A DNA stretch of 64,000 bases from Eledone cirrhosa (Eukaryota): contig OZ024743.1 of assembly GCA_964016885.1 (NCBI GenBank), positions 187,736,001-187,800,000 of the forward strand. The letters run 5' to 3'. Under the pieces are notes generated by a model. It ran no database searches and was not told where the DNA came from. It saw only the letters and a program-made list of their open reading frames with translations. The position numbers and the translations under genes are program-made. Shown piece by piece: positions 24,060-37,589 of this stretch (position 1 is its first letter; each line of letters opens with the position of its first letter).

Positions 24060-24375
24060 CTATCCCAGAGTGTAAAGTGGTCATGATGAGGACATGACAA
24101 AAAGCGCCCAGTCCACACTGTAAATTCGTCATGATGGCAACACAGCAAAAGTCACCCAGTCCACACTGTAAAGTGGTCATGTAGGCATCACAACAAAAAG
24201 CGCCCAGTACTCACGGTTAATGGGATTGGTGTTAGGAAAGGCATCCAGCTGCAGAAACCAAGCCAAAATCAGTTCTGTGTGAGCAAAACATGGTCCTTCG
24301 ATCTGGATATCTCACAACGGGACAGCCTGTCCTACCCATGCTAGAGTAGAAAATGGACGGTAAACGATGATGAGG
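24060..24375 (+). mobile_element. RTE-tailed non-autonomous repeat with internal ~45-bp tandem units
   Basis: Repeated aaaagc.cccagtccacactgtaaa; ggtgttaggaa.ggcatccagc; tail aaatggacg.taaacgatgatga. Confidence 0.7.
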
Positions 24376-24998
24376 AAGTTGATAATTATATATGCTATAA
24401 GGAGCTGAGAGGGAGAAGATAAAATAAAATAAAATAAAATAAAATAAAATAAAATAAAATAAGTGAGATAAAAGGATCATGTGACATGCTTTGTTGGTGG
24501 GTTAGTATAGGTCAGTTGACAGTGAGTGCTTTCAGATTATAATCCTCTATCAGACAATATTATTCCTGGCTTGGCAAATCAATTGCCCATTGGAGTATGT
24601 GTATAGGTTTTTTCCATGTCTCCAGGTCACTCTGACAGTTTAGGGTAAGCATTAGCTTCCTAATAAAATTTCCCTATACTACTATTCTTAGGTCAACTGT
24701 ATCTCCATAAGTATTTTTGTGGTTAGGTTCCTTCCACATATTCAACACAAAGAAATATGTAGCAGGGGCATAGCCACAAAAATTCTTGCAAAGAGATATG
24801 GTCAACTTTAAAGTAGCTGATGCATATTTTATTAGGAAGCAGGCAGGTGCCTAACACATGCACTAGAAAAAAATTATAAAACCCACTATATATATATATG
24901 TGTAAAAGGTAAACAGAAATAACAAAACTTACAAAACAAATGGCACAGTACATGGAAGAAATATATTAGTTTAATGTTTGAAATAGTAGGAATAGATT

Positions 24999-25032
24999 CT
25001 TAACGTTTCGGACACTAGTCCTTCATCAGAAG
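24999..25032 (-). ncRNA. Minimal type I hammerhead ribozyme (Penelope-type)
   Basis: Minus strand cuu CUGAUGA a GGAC uagu GUCC GAA ACGU U aag: intact core, 4-bp stem II, palindromic stem III, 3-bp stem I. Confidence 0.75.
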
Positions 25033-25417
25033 TTGAGTTAGAAATAAAAGATAAATAGAAAGTAAAGAGTGATGAGAAGAAGGAATGGGGAAAATGAGAA
25101 AAAAATATATACACACAACAAAATATCTTAAAGCAATATAAGTATTTGTAATGGACAAAGTGCACAACATAAAAACATGATGTTATAATGCTTAATTCCT
25201 CTCCCCTCCTCCTGAAAAAATATGCAAAAGACATGAGCATGGTGAAAGTTAAAGCTTTAAAATTATTTGGTCAATTTTCTTTTGTAGAAACTCTGTTATT
25301 ACTACCTCAGAATATCTTTTTTGTTACAGTCTAATTACATGTTCTTTCTAAACACATATATTGTTAAGAAGTTTGCTTTGCATTTATGAGGTTCTGGATC
25401 TGTTCTCATTGCATAGG

Positions 25418-25618
25418 ATGAGACGGTAGGCTGAAAAGTTCATAGGTTGACTATTAAGGAGTAGTGCCAGGGTTGTGAAATCTTGCATGCATTAATTTCA
25501 ACTCTTCTTATTGATAACTGCATTGTTTCTTTCCAGGGATTATGTTGAAAAATAATCCTCATTTAGTCATTCCAAGAGAGTATCTTAGTCAGCTTATGAA
25601 CTTTTCAACCGACCCTTG
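25418..25618. mobile_element. Mariner-type MITE (~200 bp)
   Basis: TIRs ggtaggctgaaaagttcatagg.tgac / gtcagcttatgaacttttcaaccgaccc; second copy in opposite orientation at 57068-57281. Confidence 0.8.
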
Positions 25619-27470
25619 GGCAATCTTCTTTTATCATAGACTTATGCCAATCCAAGGTCCAGCCTTGTCACATATTGTGTCACACAGATTCTGCCTGAGA
25701 ATTACATTAGTTGTACACGTGTCTGTGGAATATGAAGCCAATTACACATTGATTTAATAGAACAATCAGTTCATTAGAGAGATGGATGCTCATCATTGAT
25801 ATCAATGTTTCTCCATGGTAATTCTATACTAAATTACAGCAAACACATGTCTTCAATTTAGACAATGTCATACCAAGCAATTTCCCAATACTATGAAATA
25901 CCACATGAGTTTCTATGTGTTCAATCCACCTGAAAGAAATGGCAGCTGAATCTTCCTCGAATCACACCTCACTATCTTAAAGAATGGAAAATAGAAAATA
26001 TCTGAAATAAAGATGGAGTCATCATTGCTATGATGTCTTCAATCATTGATTTGCTTAATTAAAACTAGCTTGGGGATATGCAAGAATAAGATCAACAACA
26101 ACAATAACACCAGCAACTATAAGACTTCTAGTTTAGATTATCTTTATATATTTTGTTACATCTTTCTTATTCTTTATATAGCTTTTGTCATCTATTTCTT
26201 ATACTGCTTATATATCTAATGTCTGAGCTTGTTTATTTTATATTATGTTGCTTCAATTGTTAAATGAGAAATGTAACTAAGTTTTGATGACGATATCAAT
26301 ATTATTTCAACCTATAGGTCAGGGAAAACATTCTTTTGTCAGCAAGAAATCTTTTCAACTAACTATTGAATGACAGTGTATAGTCACCAAAGGGATTATG
26401 CAAGCAATCAATTACAAACACTGTTACAATCAATAACCAATATTGTCTTGCAGTGTTGTTTTGAATCAATCCACTTATTTTTCTTTATAAACGGTAATTT
26501 TTCTTGTTTTCTTTATACTTTATTGTTAGTCAACACATAAATTTATGAAAAAGTAAACATGAGGTTGACACCATTTATAAGTGGTGTGAGAAAATCATAA
26601 AATGGTGAGGAGGGGAGAAGAAAAATAAACTGAGTGATAGAGAATGAAAAGCAGAGTAAATACAAGTCAGGAACAAATGATTTCATTATGAAATTTAATA
26701 AGACATTAAATCACCAATTATATTCATATAAAAGGTTAAAGTTAACTGGCTGTTTTAAGCCCAGAAACTCCTCTGTTTCATCGGTGTTAGGCAACTGAGA
26801 GTAAAATGATATCAGTCTATTGCAGTGTCAAACCTGAGTAGATGCAGGTACTCATTTTCAGCAGAGTTGAAAGGAACAATGGTAATAAAGTGACAAGGCA
26901 TCACTAAGTCCAGGAATGAAACCCATAAACTCAACACTCTAATCACTAGGTCAAGTCTTACTTTTCAGCTTAACAGTAATGACAAGTTTAGTTTTTCATT
27001 ACAGACTATGATGGAATTAATTTGTGTAATTTCCAATCATCTTCTCTTCTTTCAAATAATTTTTATTATTCATTATTACATAATTAAAGGGGCCGATTGG
27101 CAGTATCAGTACAGTTTCAGACAAAATACTTAGCAGAATTTAGTTATGACTTTCTACATCTGTTAGAGTGAAAACAAATTGTGTTTCTAATTTTTGGCAA
27201 AGCTGATTGTAAAATCGTGCAAATTAGGCTAATCAGCTGATGTGTAGCTTTGAGAATATTATGTATTCTCAACAGTTTCAGTGGGTAGCAGTGACAAGGA
27301 TACACAGTCTCGATAAAGAGTAATAATTCTGAAACAATTGTCGACTGTTTTCTCTCTGCTACTGCTGGAACAAAAGGATGATGTCATCATCTAGAAAAAA
27401 CATATTGTGTTATGAGGCTGTTTGGTTGGAACCGAACCGAATATTGATAATATTATTGTTATGTATATAT

Positions 27471-27810
27471 ATCATCATCATTTCATTTTACGTCTGCTTT
27501 TTCCCTGCTTGCAAGGCTGGGACGGGAACTGATTCTGGCTTGATTTCTACAGCTGGATGCCCTTCCTAACACCAACCTCATTTACAGTGAGTGCTGGGTG
27601 CTTTTATGCCGTGGCACCTCCATGACCACTTTGCAGTGGAATGATATGGACCCCAGTCCCTATCATCTCATTTCTACAGCTGAGTAAACTGGAGCAATGT
27701 GAAATAAAGTGTCTTGTTCAAGGAAACAACACATCACCCGGTCTGAGAATAGAACTCACAACCTTTTGATTGCAAGGCCAATGCTCTAACCACTAAGCCA
27801 TGTGCCTCCA
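27471..27810 (-). mobile_element. SINE family B (Meta/MESC-like core, RTE tail)
   Basis: Reverse complement of 18983-19358 with one fewer internal repeat unit. Confidence 0.85.
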
Positions 27811-28466
27811 TCATATATATATATTCTTCAAAACTTAATTTTTAATTTAATATTTTATATATTTCATAAAACTCCTTTTTTAATAAACACTTTCCTGGAT
27901 TAAAGAAGAATAAAAAGAAAGAAAGATTCTTTAAATATACTTCCGTGATGTTTCCATTCTTACTTTTTTCTATAACCTCTGTTTTGTATAGAACCTTACC
28001 CCCTTTTCAAATATATATATAAATATATATACGTTTATATTTGGAGGTTCACCATTGGGTAGAATTGGTCATTCTGCAATGTTAGCCATGATGTAATGGT
28101 AGGAAAGCAATCAATATTATGCACTTCATCCATCTTTGAGGTTGAATCCTTCTGGTGGTGCGAGCCAAAATAACAACAGGCTACCATGATCGTCACTGAT
28201 TCAAAAGCAAAAACACACTTTTCTTCTCTATTTTTTCTTTGTTTTTTTCCTTAAAGCCACTTGGAATGTGTTTACCATCATTCCTTTGGTATACAACTAT
28301 TATCCAATATACACCTGAAGATGTCACCAGATTCTTATGCAACCCGGCTACTTAAATGTGCATAGTGTTTGCCGAAATAAATAATTAAGGGAATCCAAAC
28401 TGCCCGGCCACCTGTCATTTTACTTTATAAAGTACATGCACACACACACACACACATATATATATA

Positions 28467-28648
28467 GTTTCTACTTTGGGCACAAGGCCAGCGATTACCC
28501 CAGTGCATCACTGGTACTTTATCGACCCCGTAAGGATGAAAGGCAAAGTTAACCTCGGCAGATTTGAACTCAGAACACAAAGGGGCTTAACTCTATGCTG
28601 CAAAGCATGGTGTTTGACGCTCTACCAATACTGCCAAACCACCGCCCT
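28467..28648 (-). mobile_element. SINE family A
   Basis: Full head, body and tail in reverse complement. Confidence 0.85.
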
Positions 28649-29020
28649 ACTGATTTCAGTCATTGATACCAGTAATTATGTTATCAACTTTGAAAGCAAA
28701 GTAAATGTGGGTGGAGTTTAAACTCTGAATGTAAACTGCTATAATGAAATACCACAATGTATTTTACGGGACCCTCTACTGATTCAGCCCTATCAAACTA
28801 TCTGTTGTCACAAATAGATTTAGAGAGAAAACTATAATCTTATGAATAATTGAATTGTTTGATCTTATTTGCTACCTTCATTTATATTCCATTTTTTTAA
28901 GTGAGGTTTAAAATTGGTAAACAATTTAGTCCTTCAATGTGCACCAAATATCTGTTTGTGCAATAATGAGAAGCCATTGACTGTCTCATAAATATTAAGT
29001 GCAGGCATAGCAATGTGGTC

Positions 29021-29078
29021 AAGGATAGTCATGTGATCTTTTATATATCTATATATATATAAAAGATCACATGACTAT

Positions 29079-29082
<4 letters not shown>
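29021..29082. repeat. Palindrome with 22-bp unique arms around a (TA)n centre
   Basis: aaggatagtcatgtgatctttt-(TA)-aaaagatcacatgactatcctt. Confidence 0.95.
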
Positions 29083-29127
<45 letters not shown>

Positions 29128-30321
29128 AGTGGAAGTTATGGTAGTGGCCAAGCCAACAAGATACAATTAGGTTTGCACAAAAGCACCCAATATATATATA
29201 TACATATATCTGTGAGTGTGTGAATATGGGTTGGTGTCATCATAAGCATCTGACCATATAGAACTATCCAGAAAACCATGTATGCATAGAAAGAAAGATG
29301 TCTTTTTTTTTTAAAACTTTTCTAAACACAGTTGTAAAAAGGAAAATAAAATCATAAACATGGGCTATATGGAAGAAACTATTCTGTTTATTACTATTAA
29401 GAATAGGGTTTTCAACTTGCTTCCCTTGGCATGGATACATTAGGGCTCTGACGTCTGGCATCTGACTTGGTAGACACCCACAAGATTATTAACCATCTTT
29501 CCAAACAATCCAGGGCATCTTTTTGAATTCCATATGTCTAATACCCATGGATATGCTTACAAAATCAGAAAACAGTACAGCTCCCATGACTTTTGTAAAA
29601 CATTTTTTTCATGCTCAGAGTTGCTGAAGCATGGAGCAAACTACCTGCATCAGTTGTTGCCTGTTGGGACATTGCATCCATCAAAACTTCCATGCTTCCC
29701 AAAATAAGCCAACACTACACCTGATATTCCCCCTCCATGCACACGCAGACATGTGTCTGTGTGTCAGTGTGTCTATGTGTATGTCATGACTCATACACTG
29801 TCCATTTTCCTGACTTTTGTACATTATTCTATGTACTATATATGCACCTTTGATGAATTGTAGTGCACCTGAGCACTGTACACAATAATTTTCATTATTA
29901 TTATATAATGATTTTCATAGCTGCCACAGGAAAAAAGTTCATATGGGTGAGACACAGAACAATTGCATGTCTTTGAAATATTTTTTCCTCATATATTTTT
30001 TTATTTGAGAATACACAAGTAGTAAAGAAAATCATGCTGTATTTTCTCTCACATCAAAAGTCAGACAAGATATTTAACAACAAGAGAGCCTCAGCTAACT
30101 GCATTTAAGACATACTCATCTGTATTTTAATCAAGCATAGTCAATTTAGGACTACATCATTAAAGGTGTTCTTTTTTTTTTTTTAAAGATGGTAGGGTAT
30201 AATTTCAGTGGGATTTTGCAGGTATTTCCAACAGGTTCATCAAACGCTTATAGACTCTTGGGTTCTTATATTTCCCCAGTCGATTTGAGCGAGAGTGTGG
30301 TAGAGAGGAAGAGAGGCTGGA

Positions 30322-30379
<58 letters not shown>

Positions 30380-30926
30380 TATGTGGAAATATATACAATA
30401 TAGGTAATCTTACTTTAGTAATGATTGATTCTGCAAAGGTTTATATTTTATTTCTTCCCTATTAAATGATATCCAAACCTACCAACTCTCCCCATCCGAT
30501 GGGGAGATCTCCCACTCACTTTGGAGGGGGTGAGGGATATTATCACTTGTAAAAATGAGTATAGCTTTCATTATGTAAAATCTCACCATTTTAATTCATT
30601 TCTCTCCGTTTTAGGGCACTTTTTTTCTATAGTACTCCCCATTTGGGTTTTTAAAAGTTGGCAGGTCTGTGATATTGATAGTTCTTTTGTCTATCATAAT
30701 TTGGGAAAGTTGATTTGAACATTTATCAAACACTTGCACTATTGGCATTTGATTCCTTTATTCTTGTATGAATAAATAGCAATAATGTTTGTTTTAGATA
30801 AACATTGAAAGTTTACATTACCAAGATACATCAAATTACAAGTTCTTACAATAATAATTGTTCTAAATGTATAATTTCAAATACATATAGGAATTGTGTA
30901 TTCCTAAGGTAGTTTGACAAAATATG

Positions 30927-31143
30927 GTTTCTGCTTTTAGGCACAAGGCCAACAATTTTTGGGGAAAGAGTAAGTCGATTAAATTGACACCAGTTCATTA
31001 CCGGCACTTTATTTTATCAACTCTGTAAGGATGAAAGGCAAAGCAAACCTCAGCAGGATTTGAAATCAGAACGTAAAGAGTCGTAACTCTATGCCACTAA
31101 GCATGTTGTCCAATGCAGTACCGATTCTGCCAATGCACCGCCC
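30927..31143 (-). mobile_element. SINE family A (longer-tail variant)
   Basis: Reverse-complement head, body and tail. Confidence 0.8.
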
Positions 31144-31498
31144 TTGTAGTTTGACAAAATATAATAGCATAAGTTACTTTTCCTTCACTTTTTCCTCCCT
31201 CACTGAATGTATACGAAAGAACAAAAATGACTACAGCCTACTCGCAATCGAGTATGACTTTCGGTAAGTAACCCCATGACACTGCCACTCTTTCAACCAT
31301 CCCTCCTTTGATCCAGTTGAACATTCAGGATATGACACCTGGAAGGAGAAAATTCTACACTAACACTTGGCTATTACTTTCTTTATCAAACCTGAAAGGA
31401 TGACAAGCAAAGTGAATATCAGTAGGATTTGAACTCAGAATGCAGGGACCTAGTACAAATATTCGATACTCTAACAACTCTGCCAAATCCACCACCTA

Positions 31499-33446
31499 CA
31501 CTGGTCTACAGCCAAAATGGTTCTTACATGTGAATATGTGCATCTTACTAATTTCATAGCACTAAATTCAGTTTTGATATTCCTTTTTTGCTATCGGACC
31601 AGAATGCCTTAATATGAGATCGAAAATATGTTCCTCTTATTGCATTATTTATCCATTGTGTAACATATGATGACTTAGATATAAACATATTAACTTATTA
31701 ATAAAAATATATAAACATATTTTTATTTATTTATTTTAACACTTAGTATATTAACAAAACATTCTGAACAACATTCTGAACATAATAAAATATTTCAAAA
31801 CATTTCTAAAAAAATTTCTGGATTTTGCTTTTACGCTTGTTTTGCTGGCTCTCCTCATGTTGCAGTGTCCATCATGGTGGGATTGAACCGACCCTGATAC
31901 CTACTCTCCATTATGGCAATGTCCTGGTGAAACCTCTCTCCATGTTCATTACTGATGTCTCCTAGATTACTTAGGAAGAAATCCAGATGAGAATGGAAGA
32001 AATGAAGCTTCAACGACATTCGTGAACCCAGAGCGCGATAATTTTGTATCATGGTTTCAACAATTTCTTTATAGTTGTCTGCACGGTGGTTTCCAAGAAA
32101 GTTCTGTGTCACATCTACAAATGATTTCCATGCATTAGTCTCCAAAGGGTTTAGTGTTTTCGTAAACTCACTATCATTAACCAGCATACGAATCTGAGGA
32201 CCATTCAAAACCCCTGCTTTTAACTTTGCTTCAGATACCACTCTACCCAATTTCTTACATAAGTAATGAAACCCATTACCTGTATGATCCATGCTGTTAA
32301 TAAAGTTTTTGGCCAAGCCTAATTTGAGATGTAATGGAGGGAGGAATACTTTTTCTGGATCCACGAGAGATTTGTACAAACAGTTGAATCTACGGGTGCA
32401 TCCTTTGGTCTTGTTGGCCAATCCTTCTTCATGTAGTGCTCCGCATCTGCTCTACTATTTCGCAAACATAGAATACACATATGCTTTGTGTAACCGGTCT
32501 GAAGACCTAGAAGTAGACTAATTAAGTGGTTTATGACGATGACGAGCGGTTGTAATGCGGACGCCAGGTTCCAGCAGGTTTCGTTGCTTCAGGAGCTCTG
32601 CCTTTTCTTTAGACAAATGTAGGTCTTTAATGAGATCGTGAAGAGCTTCCTGGTTAAATGGTATGTGTTCACTTGTCTCATGTTCATCTTGATAAGCATC
32701 ATCAATATGGGTGCTACTGGAATCAGAATCAGCAGGTGGAACTGGAACAGGTAATTCATCACTGTGAGGTACTGGTAGGAGTGCTGACGAGATATCGGGT
32801 ATTGAAGTGTAGTTCGTGTCTTCACAGTTATTCCTTGGATGTTTATATGGCAGAAGTAGCAATCGTTATTGTGGTCTTTTGGTTCTCGCCACACCATTGG
32901 TACGGCAAATGGCAAACCAGAGCTTCGTTTCCCATTCTTCCATTCACTTAGGTGATTAACACATGACCTACACACTATATGAAGGCGCCCATTTCTTGTC
33001 CTGGTCTCCTAATGGACATTTGAAGTAGCATTTGTAGTTTACTCGAACTGCTTTTGTGATTGGTTTCTTTATGCTTTCTGGAGTAAAGAGTTCACAAATA
33101 TAGCAAAATCGGTCCGGGTCATTTACACATTTCCAGCGTTTCATCTCCCCCACTAGTCAAAGTTGTTGTGAATTATCCAAGAATAGCTGAGGATAGTTAC
33201 AATTCTGTGATCTGAAACAAAAGCAGTAAGTATAAATTAGTTAACAACTAAATATAGTGGATACAATTGGATGAAGTAATATGAGCCACATAGCTATGGG
33301 TCATAAACATGGATATGCTGGCTCTCGAAAACTAGACCCGATACAGCTTAACCGTTGTCATATTCAGATTCTGCACACTTGATTACTTTAGAATCATACT
33401 AAATTATACCAGAACCATGAAATGAATATTTTTTTGTTGACCAGTG
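31499..33446 (-). mobile_element. Chapaev3 (CMC group) DNA transposon, internally deleted
   Basis: Termini CACTGGTC.ACA / TGTTGACCAGTG, 3-bp TSD CTA on both sides, Chapaev3-type transposase remnants inside. Confidence 0.88.
31810..33144 (-). pseudogene. Chapaev3 transposase, frameshifted and deleted
   Basis: CVNDPDRFCYIC...GDQDKKWAP...PMVWREPKDHNNDCYFC; TGYTKHMCILC; LPPLHLKLGL...GPQIR...HSHLDFF...EHGERFHQDI..MESRYQG. Confidence 0.88.
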
Positions 33447-34244
33447 CTATACATCATTCCATTCATCATCATCATCATTATCATTACCCTTAAATATCGA
33501 TTTTCCTAGCATGCCAGGGTTAGTCAGGCTGTCACATCATGAGATCAGACAGGTCAGGTGATCTAGTTGTGCTCATACATTCCATTTCTGATTGTTCTTT
33601 TTGATGGTTGGATACCCTACCTAATGCCAACCACCTTACAGTGTGTGCTGAGAACCTTTTTTCATTGCCCTAGTACTACCACTTTACAAGGTGAAATGTG
33701 TGATTTTTGTTGAGGCACCAGCACTATGGCCCTACAAGTTGGACTGAGTCTTGTTGTTTTCATGGCATCAGCACTAGCACATTACAGGGTGGACTAGGTA
33801 CTTTTCATTGTGGTAACATTATGATCACCTTAAAAGATGTACTGGGTGCTTTTTACATGGTAGCAGCACTATCACATTACAAGGAAGACTGATTATTTTT
33901 TGTCATGGTAACAGCACAATCCTTAGTTTATAATGTAGTGTTTAATTCATGTAGCTTCATTTTTGCCCATTCATACACAACACTGAGAAACTTTATCATT
34001 TAGTTGACTACCAATATTTGTAGAAGAAGAAGAAGAAGAAGAAGAAGAAGAAGATAACTTTCCCTCCTATTTTAGATGGGTGTTGCTATATCTTTTATCC
34101 TTTTATACTTTTCAGTTATTGATCACATGTGGTATTCTGTCTTGAATGGTGTATAGCTGATCATCTACCCCAGTATTTATTTTTTCAAGTCTAATACTTA
34201 TTTCATCATTTCCAATTTGTCAACCTTTTAATGAATGAAACTTG

Positions 34245-36383
34245 TGGCTGGAGCAGAGCTTCAACCAGACAGAGAGTGGCCTGATGGGGGAACAGCACAG
34301 TAGATAAGGCCATTAGAGACAAAAGACTAGCATGGAAGGTTTGGAAAAATGGTGGGAGTAGAGAAGGATATACAGCCACTAAGAGAGAAGCTAAACGTCA
34401 GGTGTACTTAGCATGCAGGGAGGCTGAGAGTAGAGGTTTGCCAATGTTCTGCGATGGGAAGATCAGAGGCATGCGGTGTTCCACATTGCAAGGCAGTGTG
34501 TCAATGCAAATCAGGATGTTGTTGGAGATAAATGTGTCCGGAACGATGCCGGTGTACTTAGTGTCACAAATGATCAAAAAAAGGAGGCCTGGAAATGTCA
34601 TTATGAGAGACTGATGAATGTGGAGAATGAATGGGAGAGAGAGAAATTACCTTCAGTAGATCCGACAGAGGGACCAGCTATTGAGATTGCCGAATATAGT
34701 GTCCAAGAAGCGATTAAGGAAATGAAAAATGGTAAGGCTGCTGGACCATCGGGGATAGTTGCTGAGATGCTGAAGGCATCAGGGGACGTAGGCTCTAAAC
34801 TGGTTGCACGCATCATCAATCAGGCTAACTATGGTGGTGTCATACCCCAAAACTGGTGCAGCAGTATTCTCATAAATTGCTACAAAGGTAAAGGGAATGC
34901 TCTGGAGAGGGGCAATTATAGGGGTATAAAACTGATGGATCAGGTTAAGAGCAGAAAGGATATTAGCACAACTAATTAGAGAAAGGGTCAAACTAGATGA
35001 GATGCAGTTTGGTTTTGTGCCTGGGAAGAGTACAACAGATGCCCTCTTCTTGGTGAGACAATTACAAGAGAGGTTCTTAGAGAAAAATAAGCCACTATAC
35101 TTAGCCTTTTGACCTAGAGAAGGCCTTTGATAGAATACCCCGATCTGTCATCTGGTGGTCCCTAAGGAAACTAGGTGTTGAGGAATGGCTTGTGAGGACA
35201 GTGCAAACTTTGTACAGAGGTACTGTCAGTAAAGTCAGGGTAGGAATGGCGTTTAGTGAGGAATTCCAGATACAATTCCAGTACATCAAGGTTCAGTCCT
35301 CAGCCCGCTCTTGTTCATTATAGTCCTCCAAGCCATAACAGAGGAGTTTAAGACTGGCTGTCCATTGGAACTTCTCTATGCTGACGATCTGGTTCTTATA
35401 GCAGAATCAGTAGAGGAGCTAGAGAATAAATTCTGGCTATGGAAACAGCAGTTGGAAGCAAGAGGACTGAGAGTGAACCTAGCCAAGACAAAAGTGTTGA
35501 TGAGTAGAAAAGAGGACAAAACTGATTCCGTCAGGGAAATGGCCATGTTCGATATGCAGAAAAGGAACTGGCATAAATTCTATAAAATGCACACAATGCA
35601 GATCCTGTATACACAAGAGATGTAGTGGGATAGCAGGCAAACTAACAGGTAGGGAGAAATACGTATGCAGTAGATGTACAGGAAAATTAGACAGTAGAAG
35701 TCACATTGATAAACACATTTTTCAAATGCAGGCGGGTGCTATAGAAGTGGTGGATAGCTTCCGGTACCTAGGAGATCAGATTAGCATGGGGGGGGGGGAG
35801 TGTTCCGAGGCCATAGTATGTAGAATAAGGATGGGTTGGAAGAAGTTTAGGGAGGGAGCTGCTTCCTCTGCTGATGAAGAAGGGTTTCTCCCTGCGTACG
35901 AAAGGCCAGTTGTATGATGCCTGTGTGAGGAGCGCGATGCTGCATGGTAGTGAGACATGGGTAGCAACTGCAGAGGATATGCGACGGCTGAAGAAAAATG
36001 AGGCAACCATACTCCATTGGAAGTGCAATGTCACTGTGCGTGAACGACCCAGCTTAAATGTGTTGAGAGAGAAACTGTGTTTGAGATGGATAGAATGTAG
36101 TGTGCATGAGAGGAGACTGAGGTGGTATGGACATGTGATGCGCATGGAGGATGACCGATGGGTGAAGAAGTGCCAGGAAATGCCAGTTGAAGGAAGACGT
36201 GGTAGAGATAGACCACGAAAAACATGGGCGGAGGTGGTGAGAACAGACCTCAGATCACTGAAGCTCACGGTGGAGATGACGAAAGACCGGGACAAGTGGA
36301 GAGATGCTGTGCTGTATAAGCCCCGTCCCACCCTTGCATGCAGGGAAAAGCGGATGTAAAATGATGATGATGATGATGATGAT
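34245..36383 (+). mobile_element. 5'-truncated RTE-clade LINE with PHD finger within RT, (ATG)n tail; pseudogenised
   Basis: KNGKAAGPSGI, NYRGIKL, QFGFVPG, DLEKAFD, QGSVLSP, LLYADDLVL, FRYLG, HGSETW, LRWYGHV, RPRKTW. Confidence 0.92.
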
Positions 36384-36539
36384 TAAGTTACAGAATATAA
36401 ACAAACTGTAACAGTCATTAAGTGGACATATAGGGATATACACTCACATATCTATATAGAGCGTCCAGGTGATGCTTTAGGACATATTTGGAAATTTAAT
36501 GAAGCAACTCTAATCTAACTTGAATTCGGTATTCCTACC

Positions 36540-36965
36540 AAATCTTACCATGGGTAATGACTGAAAGAATATGATCATAAAATACAAGCGGCTGAAATAG
36601 GATTCCTCCGAAGGGTCTTTGGAGTAAAGTTACTTGATAAAGTGTGTAGCTTGGAGATCAGAGAGTCACTCCAGATAGAGCTGCTACTTCTCTGAATTGA
36701 GAGATCACAGCTCCAATACTATGGGCATATAGTTAGAATGTCTCAGGAAAGAATCGCTGGACAGATTTTAAGGGCAAAAGCAACTTGCAGGAGACCCAGA
36801 GGTAGACCTCAAGCAAGATGGTTGGATAACATCCATGAGCTTGGCTGGTCATGCTTGGGAATCGAGTTGGATCAGTTGGAGATGATTGTTTCTGACAGGA
36901 CAAGGTGTGTTTGAGGACTCTGCCGCTGTGACCCTCTCAGGAATAAGTGAGTGAAGAAGAAAAGA
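36540..36965 (+). mobile_element. RTE 3' fragment with (GAA) tail
   Basis: AAEIGFLRRVFGVKLLDKV...QLQYYGHIVRM...RPRGRP; same family as 1-335. Confidence 0.75.
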
Positions 36966-37082
36966 ACTCTAATCTAACAAAAGCAAAATATATTTTAATA
37001 AAAAGTTGTGCTAATGTTTTCAATAAGTTTACTTATAAAATTATTTTAGGAATCCACCTTTAGCTTTGAAGACAGCTTCAAT

Positions 37083-37515
37083 CTCTAAGGCGAGTAAAAT
37101 TCCCGAGATCCATGGACAAGTTCTCTCCAGCGGTCTCTGTCCCTCATTATCGCTGCCATGTCCTGCATCTCCAACAGACCAGTGTCTGTCCTTAGGGCAT
37201 CAACATACGTTAACCTTGGTCTTCCTCTTCTAGTGTGTCCATGTAGGGGCTCCCAAAGGAGTACTGAGTGCAATGTCAACTCTGGATGTCGGTGAGCATG
37301 TCCAGCTAACCTCAGTCTCCTCTGTGTCACTTTTGAGCTGACTTTTGGGATGCTCCCATACAGCTCTGAGTTTTTCATCCTCAGTGTATACTGATTAATG
37401 TTCAGAGCCCTCCTCAGCATTCTCGTGTAGCACCCATCCCACATCTGAGTGAGTTTCTTGGTCAGTGTCCAAGTCTCAGACCCATACAGCAGCACAGACT
37501 CCACTACAGCAATGA
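37083..37515 (-). mobile_element. RTE 3' fragment (distinct family), still in frame
   Basis: ORF 37085-37504 ESVLLYGSETWTLT...RRLRLAGH...RRGRPRLTYVD...DRDRWR. Confidence 0.85.
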
Positions 37516-37589
37516 AGCTTCAATACAAGGCTGAAATTGTTGATATAGCTGCACTAAATAACCCTTATTCAATTTGGATATCACCTGAC

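Noticed and set aside
11082-29946. Candidate micro-exons with good splice signals (11082-11109, 12860-12911, 29921-29946 on +; ~23890-23927 on -)
   Set aside because: Phases do not chain and the peptides are not recognisable; needs RNA-seq.
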